A DNA stretch of 64,000 nucleotides from Gemmatimonadales bacterium (GCA_038321865.1 JBBQFH010000002.1:1-64000); one strand, 5' to 3'; shown: positions 1-11,706, counted from the first letter of the stretch. Notes: a model not told the origin generated them from the letters alone. Numbers and translations: made by a program.

Positions 1-135
1 CAGTCCCGCGCCCCCTGAGATCTTCCGCACGGCCGGTTTCCCGCACACCGGGCAGACCGCGCGGGACTTGTCGCTCATCTTCTGCATTTTTTCGAACTGG
101 TGCCCCTCGGGGCAGGCGTACTCGTACGTCGGCAT
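1..135 (-). CDS. FmdB-family zinc-ribbon regulatory protein (5' part; runs off the window start)
   Basis: Absent from the ORF track. Manual translation from ATG at 135 gives MPTYEYACPEGHQFEKMQKMSDKSRAVCPVCGKPAVRKISGGAGL, the typical MPxYEY-C..H.FE...CPxCG pattern. Confidence 0.85.
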   Translation of the reverse strand, partial: MPTYEYACPEGHQFEKMQKMSDKSRAVCPVCGKPAVRKISGGAGL

Positions 136-168
136 CGGGCTCGGTTCGGTAAATGAAAACAGCTACGA

Positions 169-197
169 AACTTAGCGGGCGACAGGCGGCCGTTCAA
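169..197 (-). promoter_or_regulatory. Putative sigma70 promoter of the fmdB-like gene
   Basis: Minus strand TTGAAC-17 nt-TAAGTT in the intergenic gap, followed by an AT-rich leader. Confidence 0.55.
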
Positions 198-210
198 GAC
201 GGGGCGCAGC

Positions 211-1749
211 TCAGCGTGCGGGGTGGTAGACCCCCCACACCGCTCGAAGCGCATCGCTGATCTCCCCAACCGAGGCGCGCGCTCGGACGGCCGACAGAAT
301 CGCCGGCATCAGCGGCTCCGACCCGGCGCCGGCGGCCCTGACGGCGGCCAACGTCCGCGCGACATCCGCCGCGCTTCTCCCCGCCCTGACCTCGGCGAGT
401 CGGGAGCGTTGCTGCGTCTCCAGGCCCGAAAAGTCGGGCGTCTCCAGCGGTCGAGTTGGCTCATCTTCAGTGAACCGGTTTACCCCAACGACGACCGTCT
501 CGCCCGATTCCTGCGCCTGCTGCATCGCGTACGCACTGTCGGCGATCGTTTTCTGGAAGAAGCCGCGCTCGATCGCCGCCGCGGCGCCGCCCATCGCATC
601 AATTTCCTCGATGAGCGCCCGGGCACCAGCCTCGATTTCGTCTGTCAGGTGCTCGACATAATAGCTGCCGCCCAACGGGTCGACCGTCCGGGCGACACCA
701 CTCTCGTAGCCCAGGATCTGCTGGGTGCGCAGCGCCAGGGTGGCCGATTCGGCGGTCGGGAGCGACAGCGCCTCGTCATAGCCGTTGGTGTGCAACGACT
801 GCGTGCCGCCGAGGACTGCGGCCAGTCCCTGTACCGTGACGCGCACGACATTGTTGAGCGGCTGCCGGGCCTGGAGCGTAACGCCGCCGGTCTGGGTGTG
901 AAACCGGAGCCGGGCCGTGGCGTCGTCGCCATCGAATCGCTCGCGCACCAGCCGGGCCCAGAGGCGCCGCGCCGCGCGGAATTTGGCGGCCTCCTCGAAC
1001 AGGTCGTTGTGGCTGGCGAAGAAGAACGACAGCCGTGGGCCGAACGCGTTCACCGGCAGACCGGCCGCGACCGCGGTGCGCACATATTCGAGGGCGTTGG
1101 CCAGGGTGAACCCGACCTCCTGGATCGCCGTGGCGCCGGCCTCGCGCATGTGGTAGCCGCTGATCGAGATCGGGTTGAAGCTCATGCGCTCGTCGGAGAC
1201 GAACCGGAAGATGTCGGCGATCAGGCGGAGCGAGGGCGCGACCGGGTAGATGTACGTCCCGCGGGCGACGTACTCCTTCAGCACGTCGTTCTGGATGGTC
1301 CCGGTCAGCTTGTCACGTGGAACCCCCTGCTCTTCCCCGACCACGACGTACATTGCCAGCAGGATCGCGGCGGTGGCGTTGATGGTCATGGAGGTCGAGA
1401 CGCGGTCCAGTGGAATTTCCCGGAACAGGTCTGCGAGGTCCTCGACCGTGTCGATCGCCACGCCGACCCGGCCGACTTCTCCGTGCGCCATCGGGTGGTC
1501 CGAGTCGTACCCCATCTGGGTGGGCAGATCGAAGGCGGTGGAGAGGCCGGTCTGCCCCCGGGCCAGCAGGCGCCGAAAACGGGTGTTGGTCTCAGCCGCC
1601 GTCCCGAATCCGGCGTACTGCCGCATGGTCCAGAGGCGGCCGGTGTACATCGTCGGATGCACGCCCCGGGTGAACGGGAATTCTCCCGGCTGCGCGGGGT
1701 GCTCGACTGGATCAGCGGCCCAGTCGCCCGGGCCGTAGACGTACTTCAC
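211..1749 (-). CDS. Methylmalonyl-CoA mutase, N-terminal substrate-binding subunit (no B12-binding domain)
   Basis: [71 protein letters not shown]. Tyr in RQY and Arg in EYVARG fit MCM rather than isobutyryl-CoA mutase specificity. Confidence 0.92.
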   Translation of the reverse strand: MKYVYGPGDWAADPVEHPAQPGEFPFTRGVHPTMYTGRLWTMRQYAGFGTAAETNTRFRRLLARGQTGLSTAFDLPTQMGYDSDHPMAHGEVGRVGVAIDTVEDLADLFREIPLDRVSTSMTINATAAILLAMYVVVGEEQGVPRDKLTGTIQNDVLKEYVARGTYIYPVAPSLRLIADIFRFVSDERMSFNPISISGYHMREAGATAIQEVGFTLANALEYVRTAVAAGLPVNAFGPRLSFFFASHNDLFEEAAKFRAARRLWARLVRERFDGDDATARLRFHTQTGGVTLQARQPLNNVVRVTVQGLAAVLGGTQSLHTNGYDEALSLPTAESATLALRTQQILGYESGVARTVDPLGGSYYVEHLTDEIEAGARALIEEIDAMGGAAAAIERGFFQKTIADSAYAMQQAQESGETVVVGVNRFTEDEPTRPLETPDFSGLETQQRSRLAEVRAGRSAADVARTLAAVRAAGAGSEPLMPAILSAVRARASVGEISDALRAVWGVYHPAR

Positions 1750-2783
1750 AGCAGCGAGGCGGTGTGGGCGTTGCCCGGCCGCAGCTGCATGCGGCGCAGT
1801 GTGTCCGCGACGTAGCCGACGTCATGGCGCGAACCGATCACCAGCGGCGTGCGCTGGTGCAGGCTGGTGGGCTGGATGTCGAGGATCCGGTTGATGCCGT
1901 CGGTCGCCGATCCCTGCGCCTGTTCGGCGATGAAGGCCATCGGAGCCGCCTCGTACAGCAGCCGCAGCTTGCCGCGCGGATTCTTGGTGTCGGCCGGATA
2001 CAGAAAGATTCCTCCGGCGATGAGGTTCCGGTGAAAGTCGGCGACGAGCGAGCCGATGTACCGGCTGTTCTTGCCCTTGATCTCATCGGGGCGGTCGCCA
2101 TGGAATCCCCGGACGGCCGTCTGCACCGGCCGGTCCCAGCGTGCGAAGTTGCTTTCGTTGACGCTGTAGTACTTGCCGACCCTGGGGGTGACGATGCGTG
2201 GCGCGCAGAGCAGAAATTCACCGATCGTCGGATCGAGCGTGAAGCCGTGCACGCCCTGGCCGGTGGTGTAGACCATCATCGTACTCGACCCGTACATCAC
2301 GTAACCTGCCGCCACCTGCCGTACCCCCGGCTGCAGCACGTCCTCCAGCGTCCCGCGGCCCTCGCTCACGCGGCGGTAGATACTGAAAATCGTCCCCACC
2401 GCCGAATTGACGTCGATGTTGGACGAACCATCCAGCGGATCGAACAGCACCGCGTATTTCCCCGCCTCAAACTCGGCCGGCACCGGGATGAGGTGCTCTT
2501 CCTCCTCGGAGCCCATCACACACACCCGCCCAGTGTGGTTCAGGCAGTTCTTGATCGTTTCGTTCGCCAATACGTCAAGCTTCTGCTGCTCTTCGCCCTG
2601 AATGTTTTCGGCGTCCGCCGAGCCGAGGATGTTGACGAGGCCGGCCCGGCGGATGGACGCGGCGATGATCTTGGAGGCGAGCGCGATGTCGTAAAGCAGA
2701 TTCGACAGCTCGCCCGTCGCCTCGGGATAGCGGTCTTCCTGATCCAGAATGAAGCGCTCGATGGTCGTCACGGACGTCTGCAC
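1746..2783 (-). CDS. fbp: Fructose-1,6-bisphosphatase class 1
   Basis: [45 protein letters not shown]. Confidence 0.96.
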   Translation of the reverse strand: MQTSVTTIERFILDQEDRYPEATGELSNLLYDIALASKIIAASIRRAGLVNILGSADAENIQGEEQQKLDVLANETIKNCLNHTGRVCVMGSEEEEHLIPVPAEFEAGKYAVLFDPLDGSSNIDVNSAVGTIFSIYRRVSEGRGTLEDVLQPGVRQVAAGYVMYGSSTMMVYTTGQGVHGFTLDPTIGEFLLCAPRIVTPRVGKYYSVNESNFARWDRPVQTAVRGFHGDRPDEIKGKNSRYIGSLVADFHRNLIAGGIFLYPADTKNPRGKLRLLYEAAPMAFIAEQAQGSATDGINRILDIQPTSLHQRTPLVIGSRHDVGYVADTLRRMQLRPGNAHTASLL

Positions 2784-2796
2784 GATGGCGGCTCCC

Positions 2797-5031
2797 TCAC
2801 TCCACGGGGTAGGTGACCGACCCGCGCCGCGCGCGGACTGTCATGGTATGGCCGTCGGTGGTCACGGTGACGGTGCCTTCACGGTCGGTGCGCCAGATGT
2901 CCACGCCATGCTGCTGCAACCGCACCAGCGCTTCGGCGGCAGGGTGTCCGTAGCGGTTCCGCGCCCCGACGCTCACCACGGCTGCCCGGGGGCCCAACTC
3001 CGCGAGCCAGGCGTCCCCCGTCGCGCCCCGGCTTCCGTGGTGACCGACCTGGAGCAGATCCACCGGTCCCACATGGCCGGCCATCCGCGCCTCGGCGTGC
3101 AGGCCGGCGTCGCCGGCAAACAGCGCGCTGAATCCGCCATAATCGACCCGGAGCACCACCGAATCCTCGTTGAGATCCGCGTGCCACTCGGCCCAGCTCG
3201 TGTCGGGATGGAGGACCGTGAAGTGGACCCCATCAAGCTCAAAACTCATGTGGCGGCGTCCCGGATGCCACGGGATTCCCGACGTCGCGACGGCATCGAG
3301 AAAGCCGTAGTACACCGGGTCCGCGTAGAGCTCTCCCGGCTCCAGTATCGCGGCGGCGGGAACGCTGCGCAGGACGGCCGCCGCACCGCCGACATGATCG
3401 GCATGGGCATGGGACACGATCAAGGCCGAGAGCCGACGGACACCGTGGCGAACGAGAAACGGCGTTACGACGCGGCGGCCGGCGTCGTCGCCCGCCAGGA
3501 CCGGTCCCGCGTCGATGAGCACCCAGTGGCCGCCGGGGGTGCGAATGGCCGCGCCGTCACCCTGCCCCACATCGAGAAAATGTAACGTCAGCCCCGAGGC
3601 GGCGTCAGTCGCGGGCAGCCCGCGGACCAGCAGCACACCCCATGATCCCGCGGCCAGCAGCATGCTGCTCCGGCGCAGCGCCTCGCGGCGCGTATTTCGG
3701 CGGCCAATCGCCCAGAGCGTCACCGTGAGGGCGCCGGCCCAGGGCAGCGCCGCCTGCAGTCCGGCCACGACCAGCAGGTGCCCGCCCGGGACCGCGGCGC
3801 CCGCGCGCGCCAGCAGCTCGAGACCGTTCAGGGTGAGCCCCGCCCCCGCGGCGAGCGCGGCGCCAAGCGCGGGCCAGAGCGGAGCCGCGAGCAGGCTCGC
3901 CAGCACCCCGGGCACGCCGACCGCCGCGACCGGGATGGCGGCGAAATTGAGCGCGATGCCGATCGGGGCGACTGCGCCCAGCGCGGCGGCGGTGAGCGGG
4001 GCGGTGGCCAGAGTGGCACCGACCGACGAAAACAGCGTGCGCGGCCAGTAGCCCTCGCCAATGGCTCGATCGCTCCAGTGGGTAAATGTGGTCGCACCCC
4101 ACAGCGCCGCGGCGCTGAGCCACGCGCCGAGGTCGAGCACCGACCAGGGGTCGACGACCATGACGGCGAGGCAGCTGACAGCGAGCATCGCATCGGTCTG
4201 GACGCGCCGCTGTCGGGCCTGCGCCAGCGCCAGGATAGCGGCCAGCGCGGCTGCGCGAGTGGCCGGAGCGGGCCAGCCGAGGAAGGCCACGTACCCGGCG
4301 CCGACTGCGGCGCCGAGCGCCAGGGCGTGCGCCCGCGTCAGCCCAGCGCTCCGCCCCAGCAGGACGACCCACGCTGCGATCAACCCAACGTGAAAGCCGG
4401 AGATCGACAGGATATGCACCAGTCCCGACTGGGCGAACTGATTCCGGACATCGGCGTCCATTGCGCCGCGGCTGTTGAGCACCAGCGCGCTGACGATGGG
4501 CGCGCGGGTTCCGTACAGCTGGTGAATCGACCGGAATGCGCTCGAGCGGAGCCTGTCCCCCAGTCCACCGGCCATCCCGCGGATGCGGGCCCGGGTTGCC
4601 ACCAGCATACCGCCCGCGCGGCCGGTTTCGGCACGCGGGATCCAGCGCCCGTCGACCGCGACCACCGCACCCGCATCCAGCGTGTCGGCATCCGACCACC
4701 GCACGTCGATCGTTCCGGCACAGCTGGCGTCCGGGCGCGCAGCCCCGACCCCGCCCCCCTCGACCGGCTCGGCAGCACGGACGACCAGGGAGAGCGGCCC
4801 GGCGTTCAGCTGCGCCGCGCAAGCGTGCCCATCGGCCGCGCGGGCGAGTCCGCCGGCCGCCGCACCGAGCGCGCCGCAGCCGGCGACGACCGCCGCCAAC
4901 GGGCGGGTCCGCCTGGTCGCGAGCATGAGCAACACCGATATCGCGCCGGCCGGACCCGAGAAACGCAAAAGGCCGGTCGCGAGACCGGCCCCATAGCCGA
5001 GCGGAATCAGAATGGCCGGGCGCGGCCTCAC
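2797..5031 (-). CDS. comEC: DNA internalization competence protein ComEC/Rec2
   Basis: Competence domain [13 protein letters not shown], multiple TM helices, C-terminal metallo-beta-lactamase domain ([28 protein letters not shown]). Start set at GTG 5031; the ORF-track start at 5151 overlaps comFB. Confidence 0.93.
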   Translation of the reverse strand: MRPRPAILIPLGYGAGLATGLLRFSGPAGAISVLLMLATRRTRPLAAVVAGCGALGAAAGGLARAADGHACAAQLNAGPLSLVVRAAEPVEGGGVGAARPDASCAGTIDVRWSDADTLDAGAVVAVDGRWIPRAETGRAGGMLVATRARIRGMAGGLGDRLRSSAFRSIHQLYGTRAPIVSALVLNSRGAMDADVRNQFAQSGLVHILSISGFHVGLIAAWVVLLGRSAGLTRAHALALGAAVGAGYVAFLGWPAPATRAAALAAILALAQARQRRVQTDAMLAVSCLAVMVVDPWSVLDLGAWLSAAALWGATTFTHWSDRAIGEGYWPRTLFSSVGATLATAPLTAAALGAVAPIGIALNFAAIPVAAVGVPGVLASLLAAPLWPALGAALAAGAGLTLNGLELLARAGAAVPGGHLLVVAGLQAALPWAGALTVTLWAIGRRNTRREALRRSSMLLAAGSWGVLLVRGLPATDAASGLTLHFLDVGQGDGAAIRTPGGHWVLIDAGPVLAGDDAGRRVVTPFLVRHGVRRLSALIVSHAHADHVGGAAAVLRSVPAAAILEPGELYADPVYYGFLDAVATSGIPWHPGRRHMSFELDGVHFTVLHPDTSWAEWHADLNEDSVVLRVDYGGFSALFAGDAGLHAEARMAGHVGPVDLLQVGHHGSRGATGDAWLAELGPRAAVVSVGARNRYGHPAAEALVRLQQHGVDIWRTDREGTVTVTTDGHTMTVRARRGSVTYPVE

Positions 5032-5044
5032 CGGCCGTCCGGGA

Positions 5045-5332
5045 TCAGGCGGGCGTGCCGGGCTTTCGTCCGCACCGTGGCGCCAGCGAGACCCTGCGGA
5101 ACGCGTCGAGCAGCGTGACGTCGATCGTGGCCCGCGACTGGTCGTTTTCAAGATTGACTTCGGTGACGACGCTGCCCTTCAGATTCGACACGTACCGGGC
5201 AGGAATCCGGTTGAGTGCATACACCAGTACGTCACCACGGCAGACGGAGCAGCCGCAGAACTCGGGCACGTGCACCTTGAGCGTCTCGTAGGCGGCCAGC
5301 ACGTGCTCTTCGAGCAGGTTCTTGATGATCAT
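5045..5332 (-). CDS. comFB: ComFB-family protein (late competence development / c-di-NMP receptor family)
   Basis: KNLLEEHV...FCGCSVCRGDVLVYALNRIPARY matches the ComFB pattern N..E..V...C.C..C..D....ALN..P..Y. Confidence 0.85.
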   Translation of the reverse strand: MIIKNLLEEHVLAAYETLKVHVPEFCGCSVCRGDVLVYALNRIPARYVSNLKGSVVTEVNLENDQSRATIDVTLLDAFRRVSLAPRCGRKPGTPA

Positions 5333-6642
5333 AGGACGGCGAGCCCCGCGGCGACGACGGCGCCGGTGAAAGTCGAGCCGGTGGTTCCCGTCAGGCGCGC
5401 CATGTGATACGTCCCGATCGCGGAGGCCGGCAGGTCCAGCAGTACAAAATGGTTGCGGCGGGTGCGTCCGAGGGTGAGGTCGCCCCGCCGCGCGAGGCGC
5501 TCGACCAGGACCTCGTGCAGCTCGCCGACCCGAAGGGCGTTCTTGCGCCGGGTGCCGGCCCGGGCACAGTCGATGAGGCGCTGCAAGCGCTCGGACGCGA
5601 CGGCGTCCGGGACCTGATCCTTCAGCTTCGCGGCCGGGGTGCCGTCACGCATGGAATACTTGAACGTGTACGCGTCGTCGAAATCGGCTGCGCGCACCAG
5701 CTCGAGCGTCTCCTCGAACTGGGCGTCGGTTTCGCCCGGGAATCCGACGATCAGGTCGGTGGAGAGCGTCAGCCCCGGCAACGCGGCACGGAGCTCCGCC
5801 ACGACCTCGAGATAGCGCTCCCGGGTGTACCGACGGAGCATTCGACGGAGGACGGCGTTGGAGCCGCTCTGCGCCGGCAGGTGCACGTGCTCGCACACAG
5901 ACGGCGTGGTGGCCATCGCCTCGATGACGCGCGGCGTGAACTCCGTGGGGTACGGGCTGGTGAATCGCAGCCGCCGTATGCCGTCGACTGTGCCGACTGC
6001 GCGAAGCAGGTCGGCAAAGTCATGGGTGCCGTCGTCATAGCTGTTGACCGTCTGGCCAAGGAGGGTGACCTCGCTGGTTCCCGATTCCGCCAGCCGGGTC
6101 ACCTCGCGCACCACGTCCTGCAGCTTACGGCTCCGTTCCTCGCCGCGGGTGTACGGAACGATGCAGAAGGTGCACTTGAAATCGCATCCGCGCTGCACGG
6201 TGACGAAGGCTGTGGCGGTCGTCTCCCGTACGGCCGGTACGTCTTCGTAATGCTCCCAGGAGCGGAATTCCACGTCGGCAATGCGCCGCCCGGCGGTGGC
6301 CTGTCCGAGGAGCTCCGGCAGGTTGCGATACGCATCCGGGCCCACCACCAGATCCACCCGCGGCGCCTGCGCCAGCAGAGCGGAGCCCAGGCGCTGCGCC
6401 ATGCAGCCGACCACGCCCAGCACGTCGCCGGGCCGCTTGAACCGCTGCAGCTCCCCGACGCGCCCTACGACGCGCTGCTCCGCATTGTCGCGCACGGCGC
6501 AGGTGTTCACCAGCATGACCTCTGCGTCGTCCGGCGTCTCCACCCGCACATAGCCGTCACGGCCGAGCACGCCGAACATCAGCTCGGTATCGGCGACGTT
6601 CATCTGGCACCCGTAGGTCTCGATGTAGACGCGCTTGGTCAT
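5329..6642 (-). CDS. miaB: tRNA-2-methylthio-N6-dimethylallyladenosine synthase (radical SAM)
   Basis: TYGCQMN, NTCAVR, GCMAQR, CxxxCxxC (GCDFKCTFCIVP), DLIVGFPGET, C-terminal TRAM domain. Confidence 0.96.
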   Translation of the reverse strand: MTKRVYIETYGCQMNVADTELMFGVLGRDGYVRVETPDDAEVMLVNTCAVRDNAEQRVVGRVGELQRFKRPGDVLGVVGCMAQRLGSALLAQAPRVDLVVGPDAYRNLPELLGQATAGRRIADVEFRSWEHYEDVPAVRETTATAFVTVQRGCDFKCTFCIVPYTRGEERSRKLQDVVREVTRLAESGTSEVTLLGQTVNSYDDGTHDFADLLRAVGTVDGIRRLRFTSPYPTEFTPRVIEAMATTPSVCEHVHLPAQSGSNAVLRRMLRRYTRERYLEVVAELRAALPGLTLSTDLIVGFPGETDAQFEETLELVRAADFDDAYTFKYSMRDGTPAAKLKDQVPDAVASERLQRLIDCARAGTRRKNALRVGELHEVLVERLARRGDLTLGRTRRNHFVLLDLPASAIGTYHMARLTGTTGSTFTGAVVAAGLAVL

Positions 6643-6658
6643 GGGCGGCGGCGGGCGG

Positions 6659-7807
6659 TCACGGCTTGATCGTCACGCCGGCCGAGACCTGCCAGGCGCC
6701 CTCGCGATACCCGGAGCCCTCGCGCCGCCAGACGCGTTCGACGGCGAGGTCGAGTCCGGCCACCTCGCGCCGCGTGCGAGGCTCCAGAAACCGAATGCCG
6801 CTTCCGATCGCCACGCCGAACTCGCTGGGCCGCTCACCGGCCACGATCGGAAATGGAAGCTGGGTGTAGTGCGCCCCGAAGCGGATCGGGCGGCGATAGG
6901 GGCGGCGGAGGTCGGTCACGTATTCCCCGCCGAACGCGGCGCTCATAGCGCTTCGTGCCCCGGTGCCGCCTCCGGCGACGAGGGAGGGATCGGCCTGCGA
7001 CCATGAGCGATACACCGTCTGCGCGGCCACGTCGAGCCGGGCGCCTGCGTGATATCTCAGCCCGGCGCCGAATGTCGCGGGGAGCCCGACGGTACTGACT
7101 CGCGTCGAATCACGGTCGACACTGGCGCTGCCATCGGTGCGCGCGATGGCCGCCACCGTCAGCTTGCCGAGCGAGTACAGCAACCCGGCGGACACCCCTG
7201 ATCCCGCGTACGAGATTTCCGCCGACTGCGCGACCGACCCGAAGCTGGAATCCGAGAAGCTGCGGCGAAGCGTGGTGCGGGCTGATCCCGTGATGATGTG
7301 GAACGCCGCACCGAGCCGGAGCGCGCTGCCGCGGTAGGCCGCGCCGAGGCGAAGGTCGTTGAGCCCGCCACGCGAGGTGAGCGTGTCGAAGCTGGTGACC
7401 GGCACGCCCCGGAGCACCAGCGGGCTCTCCGTCGCGACGCTGAAATCGCGGTCGGTATAGTTCGAATAGCTCACGCCGACTCCGAACGGGCGGCGCCCGA
7501 CCGGCCCCGCGGCCGTGATCTGGGGGAAGCGCGTGTCCCGCCCCGACACCGTGCTTCCCGGCGCGGTCGAGCTCCGAAAGCTCTCAGTCCCGGTGAACGT
7601 CGCCGTCAGCACGTAGACGTCGGCCAGCGCCGCGGGATTGAGGCTGGAGGCCGGATCGAAGAGCGCGAACCCCCCGCCGCTCCCCAGTGACCGGACCGAT
7701 TGGGCTCGGCCGGGGAGGCCCAGGCCGCGAGTCCCGAACTCTGACGACTGCGCCGCCGCCGCGGCGGGCAGGGCAAGACCGAGCACCAGGGGAAGAAGTT
7801 GGCGCAC
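6659..7807 (-). CDS. Putative outer-membrane beta-barrel protein (FadL-like N-terminus)
   Basis: Signal peptide, an 'RSLGSGG...NPAAL' N-terminal motif and many alternating amphipathic beta-strands to the C-terminus. Confidence 0.6.
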   Translation of the reverse strand: MRQLLPLVLGLALPAAAAAQSSEFGTRGLGLPGRAQSVRSLGSGGGFALFDPASSLNPAALADVYVLTATFTGTESFRSSTAPGSTVSGRDTRFPQITAAGPVGRRPFGVGVSYSNYTDRDFSVATESPLVLRGVPVTSFDTLTSRGGLNDLRLGAAYRGSALRLGAAFHIITGSARTTLRRSFSDSSFGSVAQSAEISYAGSGVSAGLLYSLGKLTVAAIARTDGSASVDRDSTRVSTVGLPATFGAGLRYHAGARLDVAAQTVYRSWSQADPSLVAGGGTGARSAMSAAFGGEYVTDLRRPYRRPIRFGAHYTQLPFPIVAGERPSEFGVAIGSGIRFLEPRTRREVAGLDLAVERVWRREGSGYREGAWQVSAGVTIKP

Positions 7808-9019
7808 TTATGGCGTCTCGAATGGGTACGCGCCGACGTACGTCACCAGCAGACGCGGCGCGACGCCACGGCGGGTCGAACCGAACACGGCGCGGGAAAA
7901 GCTGGACCCTTCCGGCTGCAGCGCGAGGAAGAGCGACATCGGCAGCCGGCTGGGCGGCTGCCACAGCTTGACGAGCGATGTCACGTCCACGCGGAGCGTA
8001 TCGGCAAAGCCCACCGTCAGGTAGGCCAGCAGGATCTGCGATGAGTTGCTGGCCAGCCGCGGCGACTTGGCCCCGAGATCGGAAAGCAGCGCGCGCACGT
8101 CGAGCGCCAGGCTGTCGTTGGGCAAACCGGTCACCGGTGCAAGCGGCGTCAGCTCCAGCGTGGCGCGGATGATCGTCGTTGAATCGCGGATCCGGGCCGG
8201 CAACGCGAACCGGAGCAGCGCACGCGCCGACGGAATCCCGCCCACGGTGATTGTGGTCGAGTCGGTCGTCTCTGTCTGCGACGAGACGAAGCTGCTGAAG
8301 GCCACGATGCGGGGAAGCGCACGGTGCTGCAGCGCCGTGTCGGCTACGTTCGCGGTGAGGTACGTGACGAAGCTCGGCCCGGCAGACCCGGCGGCGGCGG
8401 ACCCGATGCGGAGCGCGGTGGTCGTCGGCGACACGAGGCGGTACGCCAGTGCCAGCACACCGGTGTCGGCCGCGGGAAGCTGGATCTGGGGAAGCGTGGC
8501 GCCCTTGAACACCACTTGCAGCGGACCGGAGCGAAGCCCGTCCGGCACCGGCACGGTCGCGAGCAGATTGCCGGGAGTCAGTGCGGCCTCGACCTGGGCG
8601 AAGGTGGTCGTGGAGTCGATGGTCGCCGGCTGCGGAAGGCGGTACAGCTCGACCGAGAGCCCGGTCGCGAGTGAGTCGCGACCCAGGACCGTGAATCCGA
8701 GCGAGACCGAATCGATGGCATAGCTCCTGAGCGTATCCCTGACGAGCACCGAGTCGTCACGCCGAACGAACCGGGCCATGCCCCGGGCCTGGGTGGCGTC
8801 GAGCCCATTGCTGAGCTGCAGGGAATTCCCCTCCCCGCGAGCCACGTAGCCGCCAAACGTCGAATCCTGGCCCGGCACCGCGGTGATGGCGGTATCGCTC
8901 ACGGCACTCCGGTCGCCGGGGCAGAGGCCCGGGCACTCTCCCGGCGTGGCCAGCTTTTCCTGGCAGCCGAGGAGGAGCGTCAGCGCCAGCGCCGTCATGG
9001 CGAGACGGGACCCTCTCAT
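7808..9019 (-). CDS. Hypothetical beta-rich lipoprotein
   Basis: ATG 9019 overlaps the cdd stop (ATGA). Lipobox LLLGC followed by CPGLCP. Confidence 0.7.
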   Translation of the reverse strand: MRGSRLAMTALALTLLLGCQEKLATPGECPGLCPGDRSAVSDTAITAVPGQDSTFGGYVARGEGNSLQLSNGLDATQARGMARFVRRDDSVLVRDTLRSYAIDSVSLGFTVLGRDSLATGLSVELYRLPQPATIDSTTTFAQVEAALTPGNLLATVPVPDGLRSGPLQVVFKGATLPQIQLPAADTGVLALAYRLVSPTTTALRIGSAAAGSAGPSFVTYLTANVADTALQHRALPRIVAFSSFVSSQTETTDSTTITVGGIPSARALLRFALPARIRDSTTIIRATLELTPLAPVTGLPNDSLALDVRALLSDLGAKSPRLASNSSQILLAYLTVGFADTLRVDVTSLVKLWQPPSRLPMSLFLALQPEGSSFSRAVFGSTRRGVAPRLLVTYVGAYPFETP

Positions 9020-9402
9020 GCCAGCTGCTCCGGGCCGAATGCCTCCGGAAGCAGCTCGCGGAGCGACCAGCGCGACGCGCGCGACGGCCCGATCGCCTCC
9101 ACCGTCAGGTCGGCGCCGAACTCGTTCAGCACCTGTCGGCATGCGCCGCACGGCGCGCCGGGAGGATCGGAATCAGTGATCACCACCGCCCGGCGGAAGC
9201 GGCGGGCACCTCCGGCTACCGCCGCCGCGAGCGCGGCGCGCTCCGCGCAGATCGTGAGGCCGTAGGATGCGTTCTCGACATTGCACCCGACGTAGATCGC
9301 GCCATCCTCCGCCTCGAGGGCCGCGCCCACGCGGTAGTGGGAGTAGGGTGCGTAGGCGCGCAGCTGGACGGCGCGGGCGGCTTCGATCAGGGAATCAGTC
9401 AC
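9016..9402 (-). CDS. cdd: Cytidine deaminase (homotetrameric type)
   Basis: [35 protein letters not shown] zinc motifs. Confidence 0.96.
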   Translation of the reverse strand: MTDSLIEAARAVQLRAYAPYSHYRVGAALEAEDGAIYVGCNVENASYGLTICAERAALAAAVAGGARRFRRAVVITDSDPPGAPCGACRQVLNEFGADLTVEAIGPSRASRWSLRELLPEAFGPEQLA

Positions 9403-10564
9403 TCCATACCTCGTGCAGGAACGAGTCGCCCGCGGCGAGCGGCGCGGCTCCGAAAAATTCGGCTACCGTCTGTCCGATGTCGGCGAAGCTGTGGCGCCGG
9501 CCCAGGGCGACCGGCCGGACCCGGGGGCCGGTTACCAGGAGCGGCACGACTTCGCGCGCATGATCGGTGGACGCGGTGGTCGGGTCATTGCCGTGATCGG
9601 CCGTAAAGATAACGAGGTCGTCACGGCGGACCGGCTCGAGCAGGTCTGGCAGCGCCGCATCGAGCTCGAGCAGCCCGCGGTGAAATCCCGCCACGTCGTT
9701 CCGGTGTCCCCACGACTGATCGAACTCGATCACGTTGGCGAAGAGCAGTCCTGAGCTCATCGTCCGCAGGCCGTCGGCGATCAGGCGGTACGCGTCGCCG
9801 TTGGTCTCCGTATGCTCACTGGCGATTCCCCGGCCGGCGAAGAGATCATCCACCTTCCCGACCCCGACGCGCGGAATGCCGCCTTCCTCGAGCCGGTCCA
9901 GCAGGGTGGGTCCCGGTGGTGGCAGGCTGTAGTCTCGACGCCGGGGCGTCCGGGTCCACGCGCCGGGCACACCGGTAAACGGCCGAGCAATCACCCGCGA
10001 CACGCCATGCTGGCCCTGGAGCATCCGGCGCGCCGCCCCGCACGCGGCGTACAGCTCGACAAGCGGAACCACATCCTCGTGTGCCGCGATCTGAAAAACG
10101 CTGTCCGCCGACGTGTAGACGATCCATTGGCCCGTTCGCACGTGCTCGGCACCGAACGCCTCGAGCACGGCGGTGCCCGAGGCGGGGCGGTTGCACAGCA
10201 CGCCGCGTCCGGTCAGCTGCGCGAACTCCTCGATCACCACGTCCGGAAAACCAAGCGGATAAGTCGGAAACGCCGTCGCCAGCACCTGGCCGCAGAGCTC
10301 CCAGTGACCCGTCGTGCTGTCCTTCCCCGCCCCCTGCGGCTCACACACGCCATACGCGGCCCCGGGCGTTTCGGTTGCCGGAACGCCATCGATCGCGGCG
10401 CAGCACCCGAGCCCGAGCGCCTGGAAGTTCGGCATGCTCACGCCACCGACCGACCGGGCGACGTTCCCAAGCGTGTTGCTGCCCATATCGCCGTACGCGG
10501 CGCTGTCGTGCGCGGGGCCGATGCCGAGCCCATCGAGGACGATGATGGCGGCGCGACGGCTCAC
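9395..10564 (-). CDS. deoB: Phosphopentomutase
   Basis: [55 protein letters not shown]. Confidence 0.96.
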   Translation of the reverse strand: MSRRAAIIVLDGLGIGPAHDSAAYGDMGSNTLGNVARSVGGVSMPNFQALGLGCCAAIDGVPATETPGAAYGVCEPQGAGKDSTTGHWELCGQVLATAFPTYPLGFPDVVIEEFAQLTGRGVLCNRPASGTAVLEAFGAEHVRTGQWIVYTSADSVFQIAAHEDVVPLVELYAACGAARRMLQGQHGVSRVIARPFTGVPGAWTRTPRRRDYSLPPPGPTLLDRLEEGGIPRVGVGKVDDLFAGRGIASEHTETNGDAYRLIADGLRTMSSGLLFANVIEFDQSWGHRNDVAGFHRGLLELDAALPDLLEPVRRDDLVIFTADHGNDPTTASTDHAREVVPLLVTGPRVRPVALGRRHSFADIGQTVAEFFGAAPLAAGDSFLHEVWSD

Positions 10565-10577
10565 GCGGACCTCCGCA

Positions 10578-11666
10578 TCACGACCCGCCCGCGTAGCGTC
10601 GCGGCAGGCGGGCGCCGAGAGCCGTCAGCAGCTCGTAGGAGATCGTGCCCGCCAGCTCCGCTTCCTCGTCGAGCGTCACCTGGCCACCGAATACGGTCGC
10701 GACATCGCCGGCTGAAACCGACGGGGGAGCCTCGACCAGCGTCATGTCCATGGTGACCCGCCCCCGAATGGGAACGCGCGCCCCCGCCAGCTCGACCACA
10801 CCCCGATTGCTGAGCGAGCGCAGCAGCCCGTCCGCGTATCCGAGCGCCAGCGTCGCGATCCGAACGCCGCCGGGCGGGCGCCACGTCGCACCGTAGCTCA
10901 CTGACGCCCCGGAGGCGACATCGCGCACGGCCACCACCACCGCCCGCAGCGCCGCGACCGGCGTCGGGACAGCGCCGCCGGCCTGGCCGCCGTAGAGAAA
11001 AATCCCCGGCCGCACCAGATCACCGGGGTCGCCCCGCGCGGCGAGCGCCGCGGCGCTGTTGGCCGAATGCACCAGGGGCGGCCGCCGGCCCAGCGCGGCG
11101 ATCGTTTCCTCGAAACGCCTGCGCTGTGCATCGACCGAGGCCGGATCGGTGTCGGCCGAATGGAAATGCGTGCAGACCCCTTCGTATCCCGGCGCCTCGA
11201 CCAGGAGCTCCCGCAGCGCGGCAACCGACGCACGGTCGTCCCACGGGACACCCGCGCGGGCCATCCCGGTATCGACGCCGACGTGGAAGGGACGGCCGGG
11301 TGCGGTCTCGAGCCAGCGCCGCAGCGTTCGCGCGTCGCAGATGACGGGACGCAGCTCGGCCCGGAGCATTGCATCGATCCAGCCCCCGATCAGCGGCGTG
11401 AAAACGACGACCGGCCGGCCGATCCCGGCCGACCGGAGTGTTTCGCCCTCGTCCGTTGTCGCCACGCCGAAGCCCCAGGGGTCGAGCGCCTCCAGCGCCC
11501 GGGACACCTGCACGGCTCCGAGCCCGTAGCCGTTAGCTTTGACCATCGGAAGCAGCCGCGCGCCCGACACCTGCGCCACCCGGCGGCCGTTGGCGACGAC
11601 GGCGCCCAGATCCACATCCACCCAGGCGCGAGCGCCGGAATCGGCATCCACTGAAGTAAGCGTCAC
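10578..11666 (-). CDS. alr: Alanine racemase
   Basis: PLP-lysine motif MVKANGYGLG, VDTGMAR, VRPGIFLYG, GYADG, GTISYE. The ORF-track ATG at 11681 lies inside a -10 element, so GTG 11666 (or 11651) is the more likely start. Confidence 0.93.
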   Translation of the reverse strand: MTLTSVDADSGARAWVDVDLGAVVANGRRVAQVSGARLLPMVKANGYGLGAVQVSRALEALDPWGFGVATTDEGETLRSAGIGRPVVVFTPLIGGWIDAMLRAELRPVICDARTLRRWLETAPGRPFHVGVDTGMARAGVPWDDRASVAALRELLVEAPGYEGVCTHFHSADTDPASVDAQRRRFEETIAALGRRPPLVHSANSAAALAARGDPGDLVRPGIFLYGGQAGGAVPTPVAALRAVVVAVRDVASGASVSYGATWRPPGGVRIATLALGYADGLLRSLSNRGVVELAGARVPIRGRVTMDMTLVEAPPSVSAGDVATVFGGQVTLDEEAELAGTISYELLTALGARLPRRYAGGS

Positions 11667-11676
11667 GACGGCGGGA

Positions 11677-11706
11677 ATCATACCCGGCTCCGGAGACTAA
11701 ATGCAA
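11677..11706 (-). promoter_or_regulatory. Putative sigma70 promoter of the alr-deoB-cdd operon, overlapping the mazG start codon
   Basis: Minus strand TTGCAT-18 nt-TATGAT. Confidence 0.55.

Noticed and set aside
211..1749. Mutase lacking the B12-binding domain as a possible pseudogene
   Set aside because: Split two-subunit mutases are common, the frame is intact and the catalytic residues are present.
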